Shown here: positions 26,191 to 40,439 of the stretch, in pieces
How positions within the stretch are numbered: the stretch's first letter is position 1
Layout: each line of letters begins with the position of its first letter
Assembly (NCBI RefSeq): GCF_001194135.2
Contig: NC_068997.1
Coordinates: 1,587,458 to 1,651,457 of the forward strand
Origin: Octopus bimaculoides
Lineage: Eukaryota
DNA length: 64,000 bases
Direction: 5' to 3'
Notes under the pieces: model-generated
Seen by the model: the letters and a program-made list of their open reading frames with translations, nothing else
What the model was told of the DNA's origin: nothing
The model's database searches: none
Translations under genes and position numbers: made by a program

Positions 26191-26820
26191 TAGTAGAAAT
26201 AAGATGATTTTTAGTGTTATCACATTAGAATTAAAAGTGAAAGAATAAAAGTGAAACAATGTTATATCACAGAAGGAAATGAATTTGTAGACAGAACTTA
26301 CAAATCCCGTTTGAGCATATAAAGCTCTAGAAGAAAATAGCTTGAGTGAAAAACTTTGAGCCGCTTTAGGATAGCTTTTTCTAACGAATGACCTCTCTGT
26401 GGCTTGGTTGAGATCTCATTGGTTAGTGATAAAGGCTTATCGGCTGTATGTGACCCACTGCGGTCATACATACGCATGAACGACCACGCGCAAAACGTTT
26501 TTCGTTAGAGGGAGAAATGTAAATAGAGTGTTCAGATAGACGAAGTGCAAACAAATTAAAGTAAGTAATTTTGTAGGGAGAACGTATAAATACCGTAAAG
26601 ACAAAGAAATTTACGCACGACAAAACTGAAATACACTGAAGTCAATCTTTAGGCAGATGTGGCAAAACTAAATTTAAAAAACACAGGGTGAGCTAAAATT
26701 AAAAATAACTAAATTATTTTTCAGGGAGAACGTATAGAAACCATAACAACAGGTTTTTTATGCACGAATAATTGAAATACACGGAAGGAATTTGTAGACA
26801 GAAGTTAGTGTGTGAGTTAA

Positions 26821-26888
<68 letters not shown>

Positions 26889-28525
26889 TGAAACAGACAT
26901 AGAATAAAAGAGAGGAACTATTACAGATGGTGAGAGAGAATATGTCTAAGCAAGAGAAAGAGAGAATGAGAAAAAAGAGAGAGAAAAGAGATTCGGTTCG
27001 AAACTGCAGACGTTTTTAGAGAAATACCCGTTTAAAAAACCGTTTTCTCCGGTATCTCACCTTACTCGGGAATTCTGGGGAAAATGATATAGCGCATGAC
27101 CATCCTTGGCACATAAGCAATGTGTGTGTAATATTTGGTGCAAATTGGTTGATAATTGTAAAAATGAATACGTACAGCACACACATGCACACACACGCAC
27201 ACGCACGCACACACACACACACATCCACACACACACAAACACACTCAGACACACACCCACAGAAACACACACACAGACATCCATTGTTTTGTATATATAT
27301 ATTCATATTCAGAGATATGTACGTATATGTATGTATACACACATATTGTTTGTTTTTAATGCTATGTTGTATATAAAATATTGTTATATGAAATAAAAGA
27401 ATCGCTTAATGTTTTCTGTGGTGTACCATGTCGTATTTTTGCAAGAAAAGTGCACTGAGNNNNNNNNNNNNNNNNNNNNNNNNNNNNNNNNNNNNNNNNN
27501 NNNNNNNNNNNNNNNNNNNNNNNNNNNNNNNNNNNNNNNNNNNNNNNNNNNNNNNNNNNTATATATATATATATGCATCTACAGACATGTATACATTTAT
27601 ATATATAGACAAACAAAGAGAGAAGTAGAAGCAGAAACAGAAACATAGGTATAAATGCTATTTATGCCTACGCACCAATATCTACACATTCATGAATCTA
27701 ACTGGAAGTACATTTTTATATACAGACGTAGTTATATACAGATACATACACAGATCTACACATGTCTTTATATTTACATATACATATATGTATATTCATT
27801 GATACGTACATTTACAGAGACACACACACGAATACACACACATACACACCATATACGTACTGAGCAATTTGCTTAAATACATACAGTGTTAGTGAATTGA
27901 ATTTCTTTAAAAATACAACGATACCCTCTCTGCTGATATGTATCTGTGTGTAAATAAGTATGTATGTGAATATGTATATACACATACATACACATAACTG
28001 TATACATGCATAAATACATACATACATACATACATACATACATACTTACATACATTCAAGCATAGGTATGTATATATTATTTTTCTCTTTTATATTTTCT
28101 TTCTTCTCACTTCCATTTGTTTCCTTTCACAACATTCAACTAAGTAAATATTTTACTTTCATTTCTGTGTAAACGTTGGATGGACGTTGAAACACGTCAT
28201 TTTAAAATAAATAGATGCGAAGAAGAAGAAGGAAAGAAATGAAAAAGGAACAAAACAAGTAAAACAAGGACAAAATAACTACGAAGAAACAAAATGCAAA
28301 AGCAACCGTGCACGAACGAAAACGAGACTCGGGGAAAAATTACGTCCAATTATTTTCACTTTTATTTCGAATATATTTTATTTAATAATATTTCTGTTTA
28401 GTTTTCGTTTTTTGCTTTTGTTTTCTTTTTCTTTAGTTTCCTCTTTTCGTTTGTAGTGTTTTTATTATTCTGGGATGACGTAGTCTTATCAATTTGTACA
28501 CTCGTTTATTTAAGATTGCTATCAG

Positions 28526-28821
28526 ATGAGAACATTGAAAACGAAAACCTCACCATCATCGTCGCCCTCCTCCTCATCATCATCATTATTATTATCATCA
28601 TCACCATCAGCAGGAGCAACGGGTTCTAGAACAACTTCATAAATATTAGCACCATGAACACCAGACATTACAATATTAGTATCGACAGCAACACCAACAT
28701 TAGCAACAACAACAATAATATCAACATATATAACAGCAGCAACAACAAAAACAACTTCTTCCATAAACGGAACAGTGCAGCAGATGTTCGAGAGAAAATG
28801 TGTCTCACTATCAACCGAATG
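28526..28821 (+). other. Candidate exon with low-complexity Asn-rich ORF (28654-28821, 56 codons)
   Basis: Acceptor GCTATCAG|, donor GAATG|GTTAGT; may instead be decayed trinucleotide repeat. Confidence 0.2.
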
Positions 28822-28949
28822 GTTAGTGTTTCCTATGCTGCCACCATAGTAAACATACATCAATCTCGTTGACCACACGAATTTAGCTCTCAGAAAGAAA
28901 AAAAATACAGGATAAAAGTATTTTTAATATACAGAAACGTAAATACAAT

Positions 28950-29105
28950 AAGTTGGCAGAATCGTTAGCTCGCTAGGCGTAATACGTAACGGTATTTCGC
29001 GTTCTAAGGTCAAATTCTTCCGAGGTCGACTTTGCCTTTCAGTATTGGCTTCGATGTCATCGACTTACCCTCTTCCCCGAAGCTGCTGCCAAAATTTGAA
29101 ATCAA
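28950..29105 (+). mobile_element. Family A SINE, internally deleted
   Basis: TTGGCAGAATCGTTAGC head, GAGGTCGACTTTGCCTTTC body, GCCAAAATTTGAAATC tail. Confidence 0.8.
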
Positions 29106-29209
29106 TATATAGAGATGTGAAATTGTTCTTTGCAAATATATATACTGTTTTTAATTTTTAACTCTTGGTCACGTTCAGCTTCAAAGAGTAAATCGTGTTT
29201 ACATCATGT

Positions 29210-30050
29210 GATTTAGCTCCTCGTTTCACTTAATATTTGTAGAGGTGGAAATGATTTGACAAATGATGCAGCTACTTTCTTTGTGACTGCAACATTCATG
29301 CTGTGAGCTGGTGTGAGGCCCTCTTTGCAGTTTGAATTTTTCGCGGAACCACCGTCCTGAGTCTGCCGGTAATTTGGAATGTCATGAGGTGCATGATGTC
29401 CTTTCAAATTAGGCATAAAGAATCTGACTCCTTTTATTCTATAGTGACTACGATCGACAGTGTTCAGAAAATACTCTGAACTTCTAAACGTTCACCTCAG
29501 CAATGTCTGCCTGAGGATTTTCCAGCAGGGATTATGAAGATTTTCCAAAAGAATGGAGTAACAATACCACTGGGTAATAAGTTAAGAATAATATCTACAA
29601 GATCAGTAGTGCCGTCAGGGGAGTTCCTTGATTTGTGCAGAATGGCGACTATGTAGATTGATTTGCCGGCTCCGTTTGTTAGGAGTGTTCACTGCCAGAT
29701 GACTATAATATAAAGTGATGTGTTGAAGGCATGATTAAAATGATTGAGGTGAGGTTTTTGTCTCCAGCTAAGCCTTCATTAAAAGTCATTGACAGAGGAA
29801 GATGCGGATGAAAGAAAAGTGCAGTACTCTGGTAAAAATGTTCGTAAGAGAAGAGCACAATGTAAGTTACGGAGCCAACCTTTGACACGCAGCTGTAGGG
29901 AGAAGGTCTCTAGAAATGATTATAAGTAACTTCGCTTTTTATTCATGTTAATCCAGCATAAGAGGAAACTCAGATTCACTCTTCATGATTATACATCTAC
30001 TGGAAATATTTAATTTAATTTTATTCTATATTTTCAATGTTGTGTTGGTA
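29210..30050 (-). mobile_element. Decayed CR1/L2-like LINE endonuclease region
   Basis: Minus-strand remnants GDKN.., TNGAGK.., DLVDIIL resemble APE motifs GDFN, TDxAG, LDLxL; heavily frameshifted. Confidence 0.3.
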
Positions 30051-30496
30051 ACCTATGGAAAACTTGACTGCCTTTCTTGACGGATCAGCTTCCACTGTGC
30101 TAGAGGTTAATCGTTTTTTGGCTTTCTTGATTGATGTGTGACTATGATGTGAGGATAACTGGTAGTTAGTCCATGAAAATTTGATGAATTGCTTGCCAAA
30201 TGACTGTAACAGACTAGTGTGAAGGTGTGAAGTTTAGAAGATGATATGGTGGGAGGGACGTTGCAGTATGTGTATGGGTGGGAAATATTTAGAATATAAA
30301 GGAATGCAGTTAAGTTGATATTAAGTTTAAGCTATTAGTAAATATATTATTAGACAATGAGGACGTGTTGCATGCCTGGGAGTCTCTTCAGTGTTTTGTT
30401 TGTAAGATCATTAAATTGCTGAACGTTAGAGAGGCATAATCTGATGGGATAGTCACTTACCTTACTGTTATATATGCGTGTAACTATGTGTGTGTA

Positions 30497-30565
<69 letters not shown>

Positions 30566-30795
30566 ATGCTAGTGTGTGTGTAGTGAGTGTGTGTGTGTGT
30601 GCGCCCGCCTGTGTGTGTTTGTGTGTAATCAGGCGATGCTGTACTGAAGTTGTAGTTCTGCAGTCACTTCTACATACGAAGCAGTGTGGCGTAATCTCAT
30701 CATCTATGCGAACAGTTTGGCTAAGTCTGTAATTCTCAACCATACACATTCTGACTTATTTACACTTTATCCTCACACGCACATTGTCATATACT

Positions 30796-30854
<59 letters not shown>

Positions 30855-31405
30855 CCGGGTGGTGTAGATACCGGAGGTAGTCTCACTGCCTGGCATCTCT
30901 CGGACAAGTGTCTTCTACTACAGCCTCGACCAAATCCTCGTGAGTGGTTTAGCAGACGGATGCACCACCTGTCTTCGTCATTTGTTTCTTTTTGTGTGAA
31001 TTTTCCGTATATATATATAGTTAACACTCGATACATATTGTATGATTCAACCTGCTGAAGCCTATCGGAAGTTATTTAAAAGACAAATTCACACATTTCA
31101 CCACAGTTGTCGATTGACAAGCACAACTGTCAGTTAATGCAGTTATTACATATACCTGAAGCTTTAGGAAATCATGGAAGTATTATGTTGATATGTTATA
31201 ATGTAAAATTGTAAAACACAACTACGAAAATAAAACTCGAAAATAAGACAATGCTGCAATTTCATTGACTATTATATTTATATGTACACAATCGTACAGA
31301 ATGATATAGATGCATGCATACATATATATTCACACGCATATGATATGTATACATGTATATATGTGTGTGTTTATGCACGCACACACACACACATGTGAGT
31401 GTATG

Positions 31406-31444
<39 letters not shown>

Positions 31445-31446
<2 letters not shown>

Positions 31447-31605
31447 GACAGGCTTCTTTCAGTTTCCGTCTTCTAATCCACTCACATGGCTCTGGTCGGC
31501 CCGAGGCTATATTTGAAGACACTTGTCCAAGATGCCAGGCAGTGAGATTGCATCCGGCATCGTGTGGTTAGGAAGCAAGCTACTTGCCACACAACCACGC
31601 CTGCA
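31445..31605 (-). mobile_element. Family B SINE head next to its (TA)n
   Basis: TATACGACAGGCTTCTTTCAGTTTCCGTC...GAAGACACTTG...GCAAGCTACTTGCCACAC. Confidence 0.8.
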
Positions 31606-32500
31606 CCTAAAAAAATACGTTCCTCTAATGTAGAAAGCAATGTCTTTGTGTGTTAGAAAGATTAAATTATCTTTTCTGTCCTTGCCAAGGGGAGTGTTAA
31701 CCGTCTCATACATGCACATCAAGCCACCACAACACAATTTCCATTCAGCGGAACTCTGGTTATCCTAGAAAACATTTAAATTGACGGAGACTATATAAAT
31801 CCAAGATGAACGTAAATGAATCACAGTGCATTGATGACTTAGATGGTTGAAACTTCGAAGTCAGTGTCGACACTATTCTTGTTAAAGAATAATGAATCAT
31901 CACGCTACCAAATGTATTCAGCAATCATTCAATTTTATGTAACACTCTTTTCTTATTATAACAATATATACATGCATGTACATACATACTGAAATTAGCT
32001 CAGGAATTTGCGACGAATGTGCCTACGCCCAGCAGGAAGTTATCATTGTTCCTCTAGTCATGTGTAAACTATCACTGCGCATATAATTAGCTGTAATGAG
32101 AAAAAAAGGGACATGGTTTTGATACGGGAAATAGGTTATGTAAAACTGGAAGGAATTGAAAGGTTCCGACTGAGGCTATCCTTAGATGTTTGAATGTCGA
32201 TTCTTTTTGAAAATAGTTTCTTTGAATTTAAGGAATTTTCAGAATGAAGCTGCTTCGTGTACTGTTGTGTTGAAGACAAAATACGAAAAAATATTTTTTC
32301 AAATAGATATGTTTTTAGCAAAATATTGATTTTATCTTTACATTTTCTACACCTGGGAACATTAAAACTGGCACACATAGAAATACAATACTTACGTATA
32401 AAAGATGTATGTATGTAGGTATATGTAGGTGTGTATGTATGTGTGTGTATGCATGCCCATGTATATATATGCAAATATACACACCTATATACATATATGT

Positions 32501-32549
<49 letters not shown>

Positions 32550-32574
32550 CGTCGCATTAACTAAATATCTATCA

Positions 32575-32608
<34 letters not shown>

Positions 32609-33034
32609 TGTGTTGTGTGTTGTGTATGTGTGTAGGCAAATAAAAGGAATAAAATAAGTAATCGAGTATTACCGCTGTTTCAAAATCACATTGGATGCAG
32701 CTTGTGTAATATTATGCAGCGTGTTACTTTCAACGGAATAATTTTAAGTACCTGTTGAAAAAAAATGCACTGGCTAGATATGAGACATTAATAATGTTAC
32801 GTAAGTTGCACTTGGTGAGCTATTGAAATAGCTATAATACTCCTCTGCCATTCTTTTCTTTTATATATTTCATTATTGCATCATAAGCAATTTCTGTTGC
32901 ATTCAAACTAGAATGGTGTAGGACCTTTCATCTTATCGGAATTTTCGAGTCATTTTTTTTCTATACAAACCTTGTTTATGTTAGAAACTAACCAAGTGCG
33001 TTTATCACGATCATCTATCATATTCTCCTGTAGC

Positions 33035-33154
<120 letters not shown>

Positions 33155-33454
33155 GTTTGTTTGACTGTCTGTCTATCACATACAAATACATATATCATTA
33201 TAGAGACGATGGAAAACGCGAGTAAAATGTATCCCAGTAGTTATAGATGCATTAGGAACTATTCCTAAAGATTTGAACAAATGGATAAAGGAAGTAGGCA
33301 TCTTAGAACAGTTAAAAGAAACAGTGTTATTAGGCAAACTGGGATACTTATGAGGGGTTTTGCAATCTAAGGTTACTTGTTACAACCTGATGATAGGAAA
33401 TTTTCTTTTCCAACAGTGTAATCTGTTGTGTGTATATGAATAATAAAAAATAAA

Positions 33455-33723
33455 TAATGGTTTCGATTTTTTGGCATAAAGACAGAAGGTTTACGTGAGG
33501 AGTTAAGTCAATTACATTGACCGCAGTGCTCAGGTGGTACTTTTTTTCATCCGCCCCGAAAGGACGAAAAGCGAAACCAACCTCGACAGAATTTGAACTA
33601 AGAGCGTAAAGAGGACGAAATGCCGTAAATTATTTAGCCCTGCTTGCTAAGAATTCTGCTAAGCTCGTCGCCTTAATGATAATAATAATAATGATAATAA
33701 TAATGATAATAATAATAATAATG

Positions 33724-33784
<61 letters not shown>

Positions 33785-34081
33785 TAATAATGATAATAAT
33801 AATAATCCTTTCTACTAAAAGCAAAAGGCCTGAAATTTTGAGGGAGTGGAGTTATCGATTACATCGACACCAGTGCGTAACTGGTACCTATTTCATCGAA
33901 CCCAAAAGGATGAAAGGCAAAGTCGACCTAGGTGGACTTGATCTGGGAATGTAAAGACGGGAAAAATGCTGCAGACGAAATATCGTTAAGATTTCGTGTG
34001 GCGTGCTATCGATTCTGCAAGCTCGCTGCCCTAATAATAACAAAAACAACAACAACAACAACAACAACTACAATAATAATA

Positions 34082-34140
<59 letters not shown>

Positions 34141-34325
34141 TAATAATAATAATCCTTTCTTCTATAAGCACAAGGCTTGACATTGTGTGGGAGGACTTGT
34201 CGATTACATCGACACCAGTGCGTAACCGATAATTATTTCATCGATCCCAAAAGGATGAAAGGCAAGGTTGACATCGGCGGAATTTGAACTCAGAACTGAA
34301 AGACGGACGAAACGCCGCTGAGCTT
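33455..34325 (-). mobile_element. Chain of three head-to-tail family A SINEs separated by (AAT)n
   Basis: Copies 33455-33675, 33806-34032, 34152-34325; (AAT/GAT)n 33676-33805; (AAC/AAT)n 34033-34151. Confidence 0.85.
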
Positions 34326-35458
34326 ACTTAAACAGTATGCTCACAATTCTTGATATTCACGCATAGACACAGAGATCTCTTTCTGTGAATGTATTTGTGA
34401 GCGAGTGTGAGAATGTGTATGAGTTACTGGATGGTTCATCAGACAGTTTATTCAATCCGACGAATAGCTCTTTTGTTGGGGAAACTCCAGACTGATTCAA
34501 TCAGATCAGTGTGAATTAACGCATAAATGTGCGTGCATCTGTAGATGTGTATGTTAGTGTATGTGTCTGTAGGTACAAACGTATATGTGTTATATGTCCC
34601 CATGTGCTTGTGCGTGTGTGTATATATGTGTCTGAGTGTATGTGTGCGCGTATGTGTGTGTATGTGTGTGTGTATGTGTGTGTGAATGTTCTATGTGAAT
34701 ATGTGTTTGTGTCACACTGTATGCGTTTGTGTTTGTTCTGTGTATACGAGGGTATTGGGGCCGATACATATACGCGTGCCTTTGCATGAGTGTTTATAGA
34801 TGTGGGTGTATTTGTGAGTGTTTGTGAGCAAGTGGATGTATGTGCTTAGGTATGTTACATGTGTATACTTCTTTATGCATACAAGTGTGTGTTTGTAACG
34901 ATGTGTATACGTGTGTCTTTGCAGCGATACTTATATATGTGTGTGTATGTTTATGTGTGTCTGTGTGCCTATACGTGTGTGTGCATGTGTGTGTATTTAT
35001 GTATACACGTGTCTGTTTTGGAATCACCCCTCACTATGTATAGAATGTTTGTGAACATTCCACCACAAACTACCATCGGTAAATGCAAAAATAATTCTTA
35101 AAAAGAACAAAAAACTCCCCCAAAATACACACAAAAGAAACGAAAACACATTCTGTTGTAGTCTAATGGCGACAGATATTCGATGGGAGATACAATTTGC
35201 ATAAGCTCGCATCCTCCACTTAGAATTCAGTTAAAATAAATTCTGGAATCAATTCTACATGAAATTAAATATTAAATTCTATACACTAATTAACTGTTAG
35301 TTAATTTAATGAGTTCCCTGTTAAAATGCTGCTGTACTAGTTGCATTTTTTAATTCTCTCTGTTGTAACGTAATTACTCCAAGAGAAATTTAAAAATGAA
35401 ATTGAAAATTTTTATTTCCTCGATTTAAATTTTTATTAACTTCAAAATTATTTTTATC

Positions 35459-35491
<33 letters not shown>

Positions 35492-35496
35492 GCGCT

Positions 35497-35537
<41 letters not shown>

Positions 35538-35539
35538 CA

Positions 35540-35720
35540 CGACACGTGATCACGTGACTGATCAGATTATCAGATGCTGTTACACATCGCTGGTCACAAT
35601 GCGCTAGGCATTGTTTTAGCCTTCAGATGACGCCACTCCGCTGGCTTGGCAAATAGACCAGCATCCCAATCCCCGGTTGAAAATGGGGAGTGGAACAAGG
35701 TGAAGTAAAGTGTTGTACTC
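35540..35720 (-). mobile_element. SINE fragment with CORE-like segment, truncated by a gap
   Basis: Ends TGGAACAAGGTGAAGTAAAGTG, resembling the reverse complement of the CORE-like block at 44050-44090. Confidence 0.5.
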
Positions 35721-36718
35721 NNNNNNNNNNNNNNNNNNNNNNNNNNNNNNNNNNNNNNNNNNNNNNNNNNNNNNNNNNNNNNNNNNNNNNNNNNNNNNNN
35801 NNNNNNNNNNNNNNNNNNNNNNNNNNNNNNNNNNNNNNNNNNNNNNNNNNNNNNNNNNNNNNNNNNNNNNNNNNNNNNNNNNNNNNNNNNNNNNNNNNNN
35901 NNNNNNNNNNNNNNNNNNNNNNNNNNNNNNNNNNNNNNNNNNNNNNNNNNNNNNNNNNNNNNNNNNNNNNNNNNNNNNNNNNNNNNNNNNNNNNNNNNNN
36001 NNNNNNNNNNNNNNNNNNNNNNNNNNTATGAGCTCTACTCGCGTGTGAAGTTTTGTCAAAATCGATAAAACGATGTAGGAGGAGTTAGCTAACAACTTCA
36101 CAAACACACCCACAGAAAGAATTTCCCACATATGTAGTAGATTTTACATCAATCCCTCGCAACCACCTGGCCCAATTAATGAAAATTAAATAAAGAGAAT
36201 GAAACAGATTTGAACTTAAAAAGCCTATGTTTCACTTCTATTGAAAGACGTATACAGGTGCATATGTACATACATAGATGGAATTACGGAAACAAATACA
36301 CCTGTGTGTGTATTAGTTTGTGTGTGTATGTGCCTGCGTGTTAGTGGCTGCTTGTTTGTGCATATTTGTTAATAATTTATAATTCTTTACAAAATACCCA
36401 CACACCCACACGAACAGTCTGGTTGTTGGTAAAATTTATAAAGTTTTAGGATATGACGTTCGGATCAGCTTAGTTCAGTTTGGTTCAATTGACAGTCTTT
36501 TTGCAAAGCATGTCACAGAGAAACATTGTTTGATTGGTGGTTTAAGGTCAGACATTATTGAATACCTTGGGAGAGGAATTAAAGAATTAAGTGGACATCA
36601 CTTGAAGCATGTCAATTTGAGAATAAAGCATGGCATCCGCAAAAACTGATCTACACTCTTTCTTAAAAGCACTCTATCTCTATTACTCTCTCTCCTATTA
36701 TTTCCTTCTGTGTCTGTT

Positions 36719-36752
<34 letters not shown>

Positions 36753-36892
36753 CTTTCAGTGTCTCTTCTCGATCTCTCTCTTCCCTGTCAGTGTCTCTCT
36801 TCTCTCTCTCTCTCTCTACTTCATACAATAGTTCTAATCATAGCTGTACTTCTATCATACTATATTCTGACCTATTACTCAAATGATATATA

Positions 36893-38145
36893 TTTGATTG
36901 GCCGAAATTGTCCGTTCGCTTTTTAAGCTAAAATAGAAGTTTTAAGAGCAAAGCCATTTGCTCAATCAATGATATAATTACTGTTTCGTTCCAGTATTTT
37001 CTGCTATCTTGTGTGCAGATCCATTATTCCCTGTACAAAGAATTTCCAGACATTTACTGGAGAAAAACTCTTCCGGCGAAGAGGCTGAGACAGGTGGAAA
37101 TCTAAAGGTGCAGAATTAGGGAAATAGGGAAAGTGTGACCATAGTTCCCAGCCAAGCTCCACTTACTTCTGCTGCATCTGCAAAGAAGTGTGCGGTTTGA
37201 TATTGTCATGATGAAAGACAATGTCCTTAGATTAGCAAATGCTGGATATTTTCAATGGATCGTTGCGTTTAATTTGTCCAGTTTGTCACAGTATGCATCC
37301 GAATTGATGGTCCTACCTGTGGGAAGAAACTTGTAAAAGACAACGCACTTCCAATCCCATCAAATTGAAAGCATAACCTTTTCGAGTGAAGTCCTGGTTC
37401 GGAAGTTCTTTGTGGTGGTTTGCCGTGTTTCCTCCATAATCGATGGCGCCTTACATTGTTGGAGATGAATCACTTTTTTTTTATCCTGTGACCAGTCTCT
37501 TAAAAAAGGGATCTCTTTCCTCACCTTTCTGCAACGAATCGTAGATGGAAATCCACTGGTCGAGGTTAGTATCATCATTCAATCTATGTGCGATCGAAAC
37601 ATCGAGCCTGTTGACGGAACAATTGATGCATATGTTTTTCAACACTCGGTTCGGATACTTGGAGAATATCTGCGATCATCCCTGTCGCATAACGGTGGGG
37701 GGTGCAGCTAACTCCTTCATTTTCTCGCTGCTAATTTCAATTAACCGGTCAGAACAAGTTGTACCGGAAAATTTCCCGATCGAAATCTTGAGAACCACTT
37801 CTAGCACACACATTCCGTAACAGTAACCTTCCCGTACACAGTGCATATCTTTCTGCAGGTTTTTGCCACTTTCTTGCTCTCTTGAAATAACAAAACGCAT
37901 AAGGTACCAATAATGTTCGTTGTGGCTCTCCATTTTCAGAGTGATCCCAAGCACTCAAAATAGAATCTCTCTCGTTGCAATTTCGCGTCGAACTACGTTG
38001 AAGTGTCAAGTATTTATGAAGTGCGCATGCGCAAGAGGGAGACTGAAGTTATTCTTGTTATAGTGCTTGAAGTTTAGATCACATTGTGAAAAATCATACA
38101 ATAAAGACTTAACTTCTGATGTTGCAGCTGGCAGCCCCAAAATAA
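36893..38145 (-). pseudogene. Mariner transposase pseudogene (DNA transposon relic)
   Basis: Start MESHNEH at 37933; remnants KICTVYG..KWFSRFRSGNF, PFFKRLVTG, KVMLSI, FHHDNIKPHTS, ELGWE, SAPLDFHL; multiple frameshifts; ends approximate. Confidence 0.85.
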
Positions 38146-38384
38146 GTGAATTGCAAGAGATCGTAATTACGAGGACCTCATATATTCTACTTTACGTAAG
38201 TTCCTCTCTATAGAAGTGCAACCGAACCCATACTGTTCTTTTTCTCTCTTCCACAATATCACTACTGCATGGCACCTCACGAGGCAAAACCTTGTCTTTT
38301 GACGTCTATGATGGAGAATTGGGTGCAACTCGAATAAATTAAAATAAAGCCAAAACATAATAATAACATCAATAATAATACTAC

Positions 38385-38444
<60 letters not shown>

Positions 38445-38577
38445 CAACAGCAGCAGTTGTAGTAGTAGTAGTAGTAGTAGTAGCAGCAGCAGCAGCAGTG
38501 TTTCCTTTATTGGCCACAAGGGCCGAACTACAACAATGACAATGACAACAACAACAATAATAATTATAATAATAAGC

Positions 38578-38906
38578 AAAGATCCAGTACCAGGCAGTGG
38601 CTTTCATGTTCTCAACTGGACATTGTTCTGTCTTGGTATAAAAGATGGGCTACAGCAAATATTCTGCTCTATACTACAAGTTTGCTTGTCGTTTGTTTGA
38701 CCTTAACCAGTTGAGCATGTCCCTTACTGACTGATGATATGCGCATCTCTGATCACGAGCAGAATTAGTTGGGGAGCATCATAGCCGTGTGTTTGTGCTT
38801 TGAATAATTCACCTCTGGAAACATGGGTGTTTTGTTCAACACCCTTAAACAACACTTATTCAGGAACCTTTTGAGCGGGATGGGCTACTCGACCTGAAGA
38901 AAATTC
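38578..38906. mobile_element. Family D element, half copy abutting the Tx1 fragment
   Basis: Matches 58380-58735 up to GAAGAAAATTC; preceded by (AGT)n and (AAT)n. Confidence 0.8.
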
Positions 38907-40230
38907 CGACTGAGCAGGCTTGTGAGACTTTTGCACCCTCCTCTCCTATCGGATAGCCCCAGGCGTGCATCCAAACTGGAGTTCCAATCGCGCACTCGGG
39001 ATGTCCCAAGGAAAACCTCCAAACGTCTGAAGAAATATCGCTGCCCCACCTCGGTTGAGGTATACATAAGTACCAGTCTGAAAACACCACCTTCGATGCT
39101 ACTCACATCCAGGACCACTAACTTATGTTCTAGGTACAGGAAGATCATCTGTACCTCGAGACCCAGGCCTTTCCTAAACAGCATTGCTATCCCGGCCCCC
39201 ATTCCAGGTCGACTAACAGAGGTGTAGACCTCAAAATCGTCGAAAATTGAGGTCAGATCACGTGTTGTCGGAAATCCTGGTTTCGCTGACGGCCGTCATA
39301 TCCTTGGATAGTGAAGTCGTTGAGCAGGCGCCTCTACTTCCAGGGCGACCACAGACCACAAACATTTACACGAGCCTACTCTAATCAACCTCATGCCGAC
39401 TGGAAAGAGCTGTGAGAAAGAAAATGAGCGCGGTTACTTACTCTGCCGGTGCAGGGTAAGTAACCTGGCCTCTGGATCTGGTGGGAGTTTCTCCTCCCGA
39501 TGCTGTTGGCGGCCCTGTGACCCGGACTCCGGATCTGGTTGTGGTTCCTCTGGGAAATCCTGCGAAAGTCTCTTCGTGGCCTTGACATTAAGATTCCCAC
39601 GTCATTGGGGAAAGCCTTTCTAATGTCTGTGGAGGTCTTTAGTGGCATCCGTACCAGCATCAAACTTACCGGAATCTTTTGATGAAATTTCCTTCATCAA
39701 AATTTTGTTGGCTCTCCTCACCAGCCCCAAATTGGGTGTTTCTGCGGTTGACTGTTGTGTGTGTGTGTGCTTTGTTTCTGGGGTGAGGTGGGGTTGTGAT
39801 AGTGTTGGTGTGGCCGGTGGGCTAGTGTTGCCTTTGCACTCTATTGTTTGTGTGCCAACATTTTATTATTGGTGGAGGACCAGGTACTTTTCTTTTGCGT
39901 TGTCCTTTGGGTTTTTTTTTTTTGCTTTTTGTGGTTCCTCCTCGTCTTCGCTACGCGATGTGAAAGCACCAATATCTGTGGAATCAGTCTCGCCGTGTGT
40001 GAGTGTATGCTTGAGAGAGTGGGGGACGGAGTGCTGATTTGGGAAACACCCTGGGTGGCTATCTCTATTGTCTTTGTGTTTTACCTGAAAATAAGGCTGC
40101 ATGAGACATATTTTCTCAGTTGTAGCTGTTGTTGAGGGTTTTGTTTGGGTGGTCGGAGTGGCCTTGTGCCTCCTGTCTTTTTGGGACACAAAGCTCTAAG
40201 GCTGTTTGTGGCTTCAAAAATGTCGCAGTT
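38907..40230 (-). mobile_element. Tx1/L1-clade LINE 5' fragment (ORF1 remnant plus APE endonuclease; RT missing)
   Basis: Minus strand AVSETR.., GAGIAMLFRKGLGL..LVVLDV..FRLVLMY..FFRRLEVFL..DWNSSLD; GC-rich ORF1-like region upstream. Confidence 0.75.
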
Positions 40231-40439
40231 TGTGTGTATGTGTGAGTGAGTCAGAAAGAGGTAAGAGTAATTACTGAGGATATTTTACATTATAATAACA
40301 GCCGTTTAAATAGTTGCCCTAAACGCCTTTAAAACACTCTTATTATTCTCAGCAAAGCTATATATGATATGTGGAATGAACCCATATATATTTACATGTA
40401 CATGCATATATTCATATACAGATATGTATTCGATATTTT

